A stretch of DNA of 63,421 nt, the filler included. It is 5 parts of 5 records of this genome, joined end to end, with 100 filler letters (N's around TTAATTAATTAA, not from the genome) between each part and the next. Parts side by side here need not be neighbours in the genome. Positions count along the whole stretch, not along the records: positions 36,174 to 51,290 come from SRR22947727_5573; positions 51,391 to 57,852 come from SRR22947727_5595; 3 more parts are not named here. One strand, written 5' to 3'. The first letter of the stretch is position 1; each line of letters starts with the position of its first letter. The notes under the pieces were generated by a model. It made no database searches. It saw only the letters and a list, made by a program, of their open reading frames with translations, and was not told the origin of the DNA. Position numbers and translations under genes: made by a program. Shown piece by piece: positions 45,597 through 53,251 of the stretch.

Positions 45597-45725
45597 TTAT
45601 GCCTCACGGCACTTTTTTGCCTCATAGGCAGATTTTTCGGCTAAGTACTCTTCTTCGCTCAACAGATGCCAACCGATGCAATTACCATTTGGTGATCGTC
45701 CGCAGGCACATTTTTTTCCATCCAT
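45597..45725 (-). CDS. 42-aa CDGSH-like Cys/His microprotein (not in ORF track)
   Basis: MDGKKCACGRSPNGNCIGWHLLSEEEYLAEKSAYEAKKCREA; AAGGAG RBS; directly upstream of doxX. Confidence 0.75.
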   Translation of the reverse strand: MDGKKCACGRSPNGNCIGWHLLSEEEYLAEKSAYEAKKCREA

Positions 45726-46372
45726 GATATGCTCCTTTTCAAATTCAAAATCATAAGTTGGATATAAAATTTTTTGAGCTCTAGATAAGGCGTAAAAAAC
45801 TGGTCAAAAGGTTCTATTTATGAGCACAGGAATTCGTAGCGCATCAAACAAGCAACACCGCCGCAACCCTCTCATAAAAGCCGAACCGACTATTCAATGC
45901 TGATTTTTTCAAACCCTTAACAAGGGTGATTTTAGGATTGTGAAATGCCGTTTTTGCCTTTGATAAATCTTAGACGCTTGTCAAAAGCTTGGCATCACCG
46001 CGAGGGTAGACCATGATTTACAGGTTCAAGAGTTGGCGCTTATTACGCTTAAAAAAAGACAAGCAATAAATTTTGCGGCGGCTACAGTTAAAAGCCTGGA
46101 AGGGCAGCGAGATTATAGATACCAATCATAAATGGGCTTAGTGGGCCGCAATAGCGGCTATGCCTTCCAGCGCAATGTTCTGGAGAAGGAAGCCGCACAG
46201 GCGCATGCTTGCCCCTAATGGGTACTTCATGCGCCAGCCGCGTCGCATCATCACCCTTCAGCATCACTTTATAGATTTTTCCAGTCACGAGGCCCTGTAA
46301 GGCCGCTAAGTAATTCTTTTATTTTAGAAGCCTTTGGTTACGGTTTTAACAATCTAAAAAGAAGAGATAACA

Positions 46373-46662
46373 ATGATATTCAAGCACAAGAACCGCGCTA
46401 TCCTAGACAATTGGAATAAAGGAGAATTTTAAAAAAATATCCGGATTACATGTTCATTCGCGAAACTGAGCTTGTTAGATTAGATGACTGGGCGGATAAA
46501 ATGGAAAAACGGGTCGTCAGCGGCGAGTTCCTGAAAGATACGAAAGACCGAAGAAAGACATCGTTGGTGCGTGAAAATGAACATCTATCTGAATTGCGGT
46601 TGGAAGAAGGCGGCGATCGAATTACTCTCGTTGTTTTAAAAAAGAAGGGTCTGTTACAATAA
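46373..46662 (+). pseudogene. disrupted paralogue of the 42649-42969 NTF2-like gene
   Basis: MIFKHKNRAILDNWNKGEF* then frameshift into DYMFIRE..DDW..LVRENE..RIT.V; aligns by eye to HEEFLFFKE..GEW..LVAENE..RVT.V. Confidence 0.5.
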
Positions 46663-46818
46663 AAGCCGCTCGCACTTGGGAAAGCTTCAATCTCACCGAC
46701 GAAGTTGTTTTTCAGCGCCACAATTTAAATCTGCGTCTTACTTCTCAGGCCCCAGCCAAATGGCAAATGCACCGCTCATCGTTCCTTTGACAGTCGCAGA
46801 TAAAGCCATTGCTCCTGT

Positions 46819-47376
46819 TTAATCTAGCATCCGCGGCTGACGTTTCGCAGTGATATTTTCAATAGCATCGGCAAGATGAATATCCGCGATTGCCGTGTCA
46901 CCATTCGCAACGCGCAGGCGGTGCGCCTCTGCCAAAACGTCAGCATGCGTTGACCCTTCTGGCGGTTCAAACCGGTAACATGCCAGCTCAACACGCAACC
47001 CAAGCGGGTCGTGAAAATATATACTGTTCATAAACCCGCGATCTTTAACCGGCGTGTGCTTAATGCCGCGCTCCTTTAATCGTTCGCTGACTTGGGTCAG
47101 GACCACGCGTGACACAGAGAAGGCCAGATGGTGCACGGCCCCTATCTGATCTTTTAGAAAGCTTCCGGAAGGTTTTCTGCTTTCATCGGTAAAAACTGTG
47201 ATGGTTTGGCCATTACCCGCAGCAAAATATAGGTGGCCTTGAGACTGGTCATCGAAATTAGGCTGATCAAATATTAAGGAAAAACCCAACAAACCTTCCC
47301 AAAAATCAATCGAGGTTTGGCGGTCTGCACCAGTCAGAGTGATATGATGTATGCCTTGAGCTTGTATCTTGCGCAT
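46819..47376 (-). CDS. VOC/glyoxalase family protein
   Basis: GIHHITL, HLYF, VHHLAF, SIYFHDPLGLRVEL. Confidence 0.92.
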   Translation of the reverse strand: MRKIQAQGIHHITLTGADRQTSIDFWEGLLGFSLIFDQPNFDDQSQGHLYFAAGNGQTITVFTDESRKPSGSFLKDQIGAVHHLAFSVSRVVLTQVSERLKERGIKHTPVKDRGFMNSIYFHDPLGLRVELACYRFEPPEGSTHADVLAEAHRLRVANGDTAIADIHLADAIENITAKRQPRMLD

Positions 47377-47760
47377 TCTTAAAGTTGGTCCTCGATAAAA
47401 TTTACAGGCTTCATCTAACGACTGGCAGTTGATCTAGTCATTGTCATTCATAATCTAGAGCGCTTTCTGTCACACGCCAGAAATTGCAATGTCTATTCTT
47501 CCTAACGCCTGACCGTTAAACGCGGCTGCAACCGTGCAGCCTATCAAATACGTCCAAATAACTTACGCTGGTACTTTTTCAGCGTGATAGGCTGACCAAC
47601 CGGAGCGCCTGCTGAGATAAACCAGTAATGCTCAAAATTTGCTTATCTTTTGAGCGTATTACATTATTTTTTACCCTCCAAAAAAAATAAATTGAAAAAA
47701 GGCCTTAATAGCGGTCTGATCAACTCAGTTACTTAAACAATAAATGGGCATACTGAAATC

Positions 47761-48194
47761 ATGAAAAAAATAGTTATATTATTGCTTGCCCCGGTTTAGT
47801 CTTCGCAGTAAACGCCCACGCTGAGGATAATGCATTGGCGTCCAAGAGTGTGCATTGGTACATCAAAGCAAAGGTAATCACTGAAGATATTGATGCTTTG
47901 AAAGCAGTTATCTCTGAACTTGTTGAAATAACAAAAACTGAAACTGGTGTAACAAATTATGAATTTTATCTCAGTGAAAATAACATGCTCTACGTCTTTG
48001 AACGTTACTTAAACTCTGACGCGGGTGCGGTGCACGGCGCTAATGTTGGAGAAACTGAGGCAATGAAAAATATCTTCTCAATGCTGGAACCAAAAGAATT
48101 CGTTTTATTTGGTGGCCCCTATGAAGGGCCGTGGGGGGATTATATTAAATCACAAGGTATTTCGCCAAAATTAATAGGTGGTTTTAATCGCTAG
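47761..48194 (+). CDS. ABM (antibiotic biosynthesis monooxygenase)-like protein; signal-peptide region frameshifted
   Basis: E.GVTNYEFY, VFERY..S...H; upstream MKKIVILLLA/GLVFAVNAHAED split by a 1-nt frameshift. Confidence 0.7.
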
Positions 48195-48201
48195 CTTAAA
48201 C

Positions 48202-48275
48202 TTAAATGAGTGGGCTGAGCGATCAGCTCCTCAACCGCAACATCCTTTAAAGCCGCTCTAGTCTCTCTTTTCACC
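48202..48275 (-). pseudogene. terS 3'-end remnant, copy 1
   Basis: minus-strand translation KRETRAALKDVAVEELIAQPTH; similar to 48720-48790 and 51179-51250. Confidence 0.7.
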
Positions 48276-48323
48276 ACGGATCATTTATGTTCTAAATTCA
48301 CGAAAGAAAAAAGGAAGCAAGTA

Positions 48324-48710
48324 ATGGCTGAACTAAACGCACACTCTAACCGCATGGTCTTAGTATTTAATTGCAAGGTTAAAAACGCCAGTGATTTCAA
48401 GGCGTGGTCTAAAGATCGAGCGGCAAAATATGTCTACGGCTGTAAAGAAGAAAACACTATTAGTTACGAATGGCACATTTCTGATGACGGATCTGAAGCC
48501 ACTCTTATAGAAACATTTGTAGACAGTGACAGCATGATGGTACGCCTTGGAAACCACGGGGCCAGCCCAATTGCAGCTGAAGTTTTGGAGCTAGTCGACA
48601 TAACTGGCGTTCTATGTTTAGGTAATGCCAAGCAAGATGCCATAGATGCTTTGTCCGCTTGGGGTGCGATCTTTCACGCGCACCATGCTGGCTTTCACAA
48701 AAGCAATTAG
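48324..48710 (+). CDS. ABM-like dimeric alpha/beta-barrel protein
   Basis: E.NTISYEWHISDD...LIETF.DSD; AAGGA RBS. Confidence 0.75.
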   Translation: MAELNAHSNRMVLVFNCKVKNASDFKAWSKDRAAKYVYGCKEENTISYEWHISDDGSEATLIETFVDSDSMMVRLGNHGASPIAAEVLELVDITGVLCLGNAKQDAIDALSAWGAIFHAHHAGFHKSN

Positions 48711-48719
48711 GCAGCGTAT

Positions 48720-49189
48720 TTAATGAGCGGGCTGAGCGATAAGCTCCTCAACACTTGTATGCCTGAAAGCCGCTCTAGCCTCTCCATCTACCTTGGCCGT
48801 GCCATTCACCCGGGGGTGGCGCAAAGTCCGTTTGATTTAACGACATGAAACGGATGATAAGCCGCTGACGCCGCTCAAGCGTATCGATCACCAATAGAAA
48901 CGGGTTTGCAATTGGCGCCCCGCGTTTATTCTAAATCATCATCCCCATGTCATCCAGCTCAATCTGAGCAGCGCGGATGTCTGCATCCATCTGTACAGTT
49001 TTCTCTAATAAGATGACGTCCATATCACGCCAGTGTGACCTCGCGAGAGCGCGGGAGAACTGATGCCAGATTGTTAGCTCAGCCTCTCTGCGTAGCTGCA
49101 TACCAGCAGGCAATAGGATGAAATTATTGATAGTATCAAAAATCCTACGACTGCAGAGGTCGACCTGTTTGGTCTGGTTATTTTTTCAT
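48720..49189 (-). pseudogene. terS: phage terminase small subunit (P27-like) pseudogene
   Basis: reconstructed ...LPAGMQLRREAELTIWHQFSRA..WRDMDVILL..IELDDMGMMI*NKRGAPIANPFL.VIDTLERRQ..IIR.MSLNQT/VNGTAKVDGEARAAF..VEELIAQPAH*; internal TAG at 48931 and frameshifts. Confidence 0.72.
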
Positions 49190-49243
49190 TTCCGAACCTG
49201 TTTAGAGATTGCCATAAATGTGTCATTTTGATATTATAATCCC

Positions 49244-49320
49244 ATTAAGTACCTTTGTTTTATAAAACTCCTGAACGATGGTCTCTAATGCCCTCACTTA
49301 GTTTTAGTGGGGGTTTTTTT
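49244..49320 (+). ncRNA. candidate ~75-nt small RNA
   Basis: TTGCCA-17-TATTAT promoter (49209-49237), CTCCT motif, CCCTCACT/AGTGGGGG-T7 terminator, no ORF. Confidence 0.35.
49291..49320 (+). terminator. intrinsic terminator
   Basis: CCCTCACT-tagtttt-AGTGGGGG-TTTTTTT. Confidence 0.7.
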
Positions 49321-49430
49321 CTTAGACGAGAAGATTGTTTGATGTGGATTCAGGTTTCTTGCTTTTGGCTTTAAGCGATTGGACTACCGCCCGCCTTTAT
49401 TTTAAAAGGATCCAAAATTTTGAGGCATCC

Positions 49431-49676
49431 ATGACATATTTACAGACTTTCATCTTAGTTTTCACTGCGCTTATAGTTGCAATGGGAAACCTCTTTATCC
49501 CTCGCTACTTTGACCGGCAGCAAGAGTTGCGAGATCGCAGCGCAGACTGCGCAACCTATCGCCACTATGCTCAGTCTTACGAAGTTGATGTGGCTAAAAC
49601 TGGTGAGTTCTATATGGCCAAAGGTGATTGTACTAGAATATTCCCGGGTACTTTGGGTCGTTTGGCTAACCCTTAG
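49431..49676 (+). CDS. hypothetical single-TM protein with a Cys pair
   Basis: GAGG RBS, N-terminal hydrophobic helix, two Cys in the soluble part. Confidence 0.5.
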   Translation: MTYLQTFILVFTALIVAMGNLFIPRYFDRQQELRDRSADCATYRHYAQSYEVDVAKTGEFYMAKGDCTRIFPGTLGRLANP

Positions 49677-50164
49677 CGTTAAAGAGATCAGTGTTTTTTA
49701 AAAGCAATTTCCATTTAAAATGAGGCAGATTGACTAGGATAGAGCACAATCCATTTCTATGCTGACATACCAGCTATACGATTTTGTTGATGGAGAGTTC
49801 TTTGGATGACGGAGAATGAAAAGTAGGCGCTCAGGAATTCAATGGCGGGTAAAAAAGTTTCCGAAATGACCACACAAGAGCGCAAGCTTTTTGTTCAAGA
49901 GTTTCAATATGGATTTGCGCAAAAGCCTTAGAAAGAGGATACAACTATAAAACCTGCCCAGCTTTCTACGCCCAAAGATCTAACTATTGGGTATCGTAGC
50001 CGCATAAATTTAATTATAAGACGGTAACTTTAATGGATATATTGGTAAGCAAAGAGTTCAAATAAATTTAACGCTTTTCGATTCAAACAGATAGGGTGTT
50101 GATCATGAGTGACGATTACTTCCAGCCAGTGTTTTGACCTTCGGTGTGTAAAAGCACGGCTCGC

Positions 50165-50587
50165 CTAATCGCGGTCTGTTTCATCAGTAGCAGAGCCTGG
50201 GCGGATCAAGTTCACCAAATTCCACCGGATCACCAAAGCTGACACTGCCAGCAGCAAGATGGCGCTACTTTCATAAAGTAAATCAATGGTGTTTATGCCC
50301 TTGCCTTGCAATATAATCAAACGGCAAAGTGCTGTTATTGCTATAAAAATTGGCACTGTTATCGGAATTTTTCGATATTTATAAAATGCTGCGACCATTC
50401 CCAAAACCTCAGCATAAATAAACAATAACAAAAGATCGGTCAGCTTCACTGCACGGATAGAAACCACTGATATAATCTCAACTAAAACGGCGTAGGCGGT
50501 TAAAAATGCGATTACGACAAGCAGCGATTTTTCCATCAAAGTGATGAAACTATACCAGTCAAATTTTAGTTTTTTTATCTTTTCCAT
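50165..50587 (-). CDS. phosphate-starvation-inducible PsiE family membrane protein
   Basis: DLLLLFIYAEVLGMV, PIFIAITALCRLII. Confidence 0.85.
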   Translation of the reverse strand: MEKIKKLKFDWYSFITLMEKSLLVVIAFLTAYAVLVEIISVVSIRAVKLTDLLLLFIYAEVLGMVAAFYKYRKIPITVPIFIAITALCRLIILQGKGINTIDLLYESSAILLLAVSALVIRWNLVNLIRPGSATDETDRD

Positions 50588-50795
50588 GAAGGAAATGTAA
50601 ACCGTAGACGTATCATGTCCACTATGATCGCCTATTTTGTAACTTTCAACGCTCGTGAAATCGTAGAACAACTGCTTAAAAAAGTAATTTTGTGTTTAGA
50701 GGACCTACGGCAAACGATAACTTATTTGGCTGAAGATTTGACAAACGCAAATTAATAAAATTGAGCTAAATTAAATACTATTAAAGAGAGAAGAT

Positions 50796-51164
50796 ATGAC
50801 AACTGAAGATTTGGTAATGTCCGCACATCGCGCATTTGGCGCGGGAAATATGGAAGCATTATCTTACCTTAATTACCCCGATTGCACCTAAAACATCCAT
50901 GTCCAACATGCTTTATCTGGAACCTACCATGGCTTTACTGCCTTTCTTGAGGGCTCTCTAAGCAAGCTAAATGATGCATGGCCCGGATTTATGCCATATA
51001 TCGATAAAGTCGTCGCGAAGGGCACCAGCGTTTTTGTACCGCCAACATGTTCAGTCGATGGCGGCTTAAGCGGCAAGGCCATCCATCATTTCGTGGTCAT
51101 AGACAGTCTATAATTTAGCTGTGATATTTACTGGGGCGGGTGAATATTGAGCGGAGCATTGTAA
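50796..51164 (+). pseudogene. SnoaL/NTF2-like pseudogene with three in-frame stops
   Basis: MTTEDLVMSAHRAFGAGNMEAL..PDCT*..HALSGTYHG..WPGF..IDKVVA.G..HHFVV.D.L*..*ILSGAL*. Confidence 0.7.
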
Positions 51165-51178
51165 GATTTGAAATGAAT

Positions 51179-51290
51179 TTAATGAGCGAGCTGAACAATC
51201 AGCCCCTCAACAGCAACATTCTTGAATACGGTTCGTGTCTTATCCCTCTAAAGCTGCGCCAGATTGATGTTCATTTGCACGATGGTTTGG
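51179..51290 (-). pseudogene. terS 3'-end remnant, copy 3, running off the contig end
   Basis: minus-strand ...N.AQL*RDKTRTVFKNVAVEGLIVQLAH*. Confidence 0.65.
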
Positions 51291-51390
51291 NNNNNNNNNN
51301 NNNNNNNNNNNNNNNNNNNNNNNNNNNNNNNNNNTTAATTAATTAANNNNNNNNNNNNNNNNNNNNNNNNNNNNNNNNNNNNNNNNNNNN
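51291..51390. other. artificial contig linker
   Basis: N-run + TTAATTAATTAA + N-run. Confidence 0.98.
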
Positions 51391-51610
51391 TCACTCCTTT
51401 TGATTGAGACAATAAATAACCTTTAGATACACAAATAGGAAGTCTAGAATTTTTTAAACTTTTCGTGTCAGACCAGCCACTATCTCCTTCGATGTCCGTC
51501 CATCTTATCTCTACAAAGGGGTAAACAGAGATATCATTGCCTAAGTTCTTGAAGTTAAAATTAAGTATTTTAGATTTCTGTATTTTTTTTGTTTTAGTTC
51601 TTTTTGCCAT
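51391..51610 (-). CDS. phage hypothetical protein, 3' truncated
   Basis: VEIRWTDIEGDSGW...CVSKGYL pattern typical of marine phage hypotheticals. Confidence 0.7.
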
Positions 51611-51734
51611 AACCATATCCCTTTTTTTTATTGCCCCATCTTTTATTCCAAGCATATGAGTTCATCTTACTTCCAGTGGTTTCTATCCAAGAAAGAAGTA
51701 TATCAATTATCTTATTCTTTAGTTGTTTTAACAT
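51594..51734 (-). CDS. 46-aa phage hypothetical protein (not in ORF track)
   Basis: MLKQLKNKIIDILLSWIETTGSKMNSYAWNKRWGNKKKGYGYGKKN; GGAG upstream. Confidence 0.6.
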   Translation of the reverse strand: MLKQLKNKIIDILLSWIETTGSKMNSYAWNKRWGNKKKGYGYGKKN

Positions 51735-51808
51735 AGACAGCTCCTACAGCAGTTGTAATATTAGTGTTGTGCACCTCATTGAAAACAGTTATGAAACCAG
51801 ACCAATTA

Positions 51809-52309
51809 TTACTTTTTAGTAATTGCTTCTGGCGTAACGTCAATGATATTTTTTCCTTCTCCGATTTTTTTCTCGAGTTCGGATAAACGTTTCTCAAGTT
51901 GTTCACGCGACATTCCCTCCAAGGTGTTATGAGTTACTTCTTTTTTATCAACATATAGACCAGCTAATTGGCCAGATCTAAATTCAGCGTTTATAGCTGA
52001 TGCAAATTGATTTTTATTAGCGGCAGTGTCTCCAAACTTTTCAAATCTCTTAAACGATCTAAGTTTGTTGGCATACTTGCCTTGTTCTTGTGCTAATTTC
52101 TTTTCAAGATATCTCACAACATGTGGATTCCTATTGGGATTAGTTAGTTTCGCAGCGATAGTGTTAGGGTCTTTAGCTGTATATCCAGCTTGTCTAGCAG
52201 CTTCAGTCTTACTTATGTAACCAAAGTTAGCTACGTAAATTTCAACAAATCTTCTTTGCTTTGCTGTTAAATCATTTACAGTTTTTATTACGTTTGCTTT
52301 CCCTGCCAT
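51809..52309 (-). CDS. terS: terminase small subunit
   Basis: LTAKQRRFVEIY..TEAARQAGY HTH, NPHV..Y, GLYVDKKEV. Confidence 0.88.
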   Translation of the reverse strand: MAGKANVIKTVNDLTAKQRRFVEIYVANFGYISKTEAARQAGYTAKDPNTIAAKLTNPNRNPHVVRYLEKKLAQEQGKYANKLRSFKRFEKFGDTAANKNQFASAINAEFRSGQLAGLYVDKKEVTHNTLEGMSREQLEKRLSELEKKIGEGKNIIDVTPEAITKK

Positions 52310-52467
52310 CTTTGTCGCTCCTGAATTTTATATTGTATCTCTTGTTTTAAGAGATCATCTTTTTCTTTTAGTTTGGCTTTCAATGAAGCTATCTCTTGAT
52401 TGAGTTGTTTTATCAACTCCCCCTGAGCTATTGCATCCAGCCTCTCTACATCCTCGTTTGTCATCAT
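52288..52467 (-). CDS. 59-aa coiled-coil phage protein (not in ORF track)
   Basis: MMTNEDVERLDAIAQGELIKQLNQEIASLKAKLKEKDDLLKQEIQ...; GGAG upstream; overlaps terS start. Confidence 0.6.
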   Translation of the reverse strand: MMTNEDVERLDAIAQGELIKQLNQEIASLKAKLKEKDDLLKQEIQYKIQERQRWQGKQT

Positions 52468-52570
52468 TGTTACTCTCCATTATTAGTCTTGCAACCGTTG
52501 TCCAAGGGTTTGGCTCATACTTTGCACAACCCGTAGTTAGACCAATGGTTATCAATAAGATATATTTCAC
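52355..52570 (-). CDS. small phage lipoprotein
   Basis: MKYILLITIGLTTGC lipobox-type N-terminus. Confidence 0.55.
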   Translation of the reverse strand: MKYILLITIGLTTGCAKYEPNPWTTVARLIMESNNDDKRGCREAGCNSSGGVDKTTQSRDSFIESQTKRKR

Positions 52571-52620
52571 TCAATTAAGACAGTATACAAGTTTACTTCC
52601 TTTGTCCACAAGAAGAGATT

Positions 52621-52733
52621 AGTGTCACAAGTGTCAGGAGAGTGTCAGGTTTAAAAGGTGTTTGTGACACCAATAAAGCTATATATATCAATACTAATAA
52701 GCTGAAAAAGGGGTTAGTGTCAGGAGTGTCAGG
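52621..52733. repeat. AGTGTCA(GG) direct-repeat cluster around an AT-rich core
   Basis: copies at 52621, 52630, 52641, 52716, 52725; inverted GTGACAC at 52664. Confidence 0.85.
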
Positions 52734-52774
52734 TTATTCTGGGGGGTCTGAGAGACCAAAGAGGTAAATATATC

Positions 52775-53089
52775 TTATATAGATCTGATTCTACCGTCTT
52801 TTCCTCTAATTTTGTTAGAAAAGTTACAGTTTATAACGATTTTTTGAGTGTCAGTCGCTATTCTAATCTGCCACCCAGTGTCAGTAGACTCGACCCAATG
52901 CTTTTGGTAGTCATCAACAGTCAGTTCGGTGACCTGTGGCCGTTGTCTTGTTTTGTTTTTAGTTTGTTCTAGATTAGTTCCTTTTTTTCGCCATTTTGGG
53001 TTTTTTCCGCTATCTTGCATTTGGGCAATCATTGCCGACCACTCTTCAACGGACTCTTGGGTTTCGTCAGGTCTTAATTTTTTGCTCAC
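52775..53089 (-). CDS. phage hypothetical protein
   Basis: 104-aa ORF, AAGGA upstream of GTG. Confidence 0.6.
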   Translation of the reverse strand: MSKKLRPDETQESVEEWSAMIAQMQDSGKNPKWRKKGTNLEQTKNKTRQRPQVTELTVDDYQKHWVESTDTGWQIRIATDTQKIVINCNFSNKIRGKDGRIRSI

Positions 53090-53219
53090 ACCATTTCCTT
53101 ATTAGTTCATACCATTTAGTTTTCCACACTTCGTTACGTGTAGATTCCCACAACTTAGCAGCATTATCGATTTGACGTTGAGATACGTTAATGGGCGTAT
53201 TTCTTTTTAAGTTTGCCAT
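53067..53219 (-). CDS. 50-aa Trp-rich phage protein (not in ORF track)
   Basis: MANLKRNTPINVSQRQIDNAAKLWESTRNEVWKTKWYELIRKWCEQKIKT. Confidence 0.55.
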   Translation of the reverse strand: MANLKRNTPINVSQRQIDNAAKLWESTRNEVWKTKWYELIRKWCEQKIKT

Positions 53220-53251
53220 ATAAAAATTTATAGAATTTTCTCTCAGCTTTT

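Noticed and set aside
47600-47635. GCTGAGA-containing stretch as a TPP riboswitch
   Set aside because: The downstream CUGAU...AAU...GCGnAGG core is missing and the neighbouring genes are not thiamine-related.
50796-51164. In-frame stops as evidence of stop-codon recoding
   Set aside because: The stops are of mixed types (TAA, TAA, TGA), and neighbouring intact genes use the standard code. Ordinary pseudogenisation explains them.
48202-51250. Three ~70-bp repeats downstream of small genes as integron attC sites or CRISPR repeats
   Set aside because: They lack RYYYAAC...GTTRRRY ends and full-length palindromy, spacing is irregular, and variation follows a codon pattern on the minus strand.
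51179-52309. Link between the terS remnants in the alphaproteobacterial island and the intact phage terS
   Set aside because: They are on different contigs and belong to different terS types (P27-like vs HTH-type), with no visible similarity. The adjacency is an artefact of concatenation.
52288-52570. Overlapping lipoprotein and coiled-coil ORFs as Rz/Rz1 spanins
   Set aside because: The coiled-coil ORF has no transmembrane anchor, the order is reversed, and no holin or endolysin is adjacent.
52621-52733. AGTGTCAGG cluster as a mini-CRISPR array
   Set aside because: The units are only 7-9 bp, mostly without spacers of CRISPR length, and there are no cas genes.
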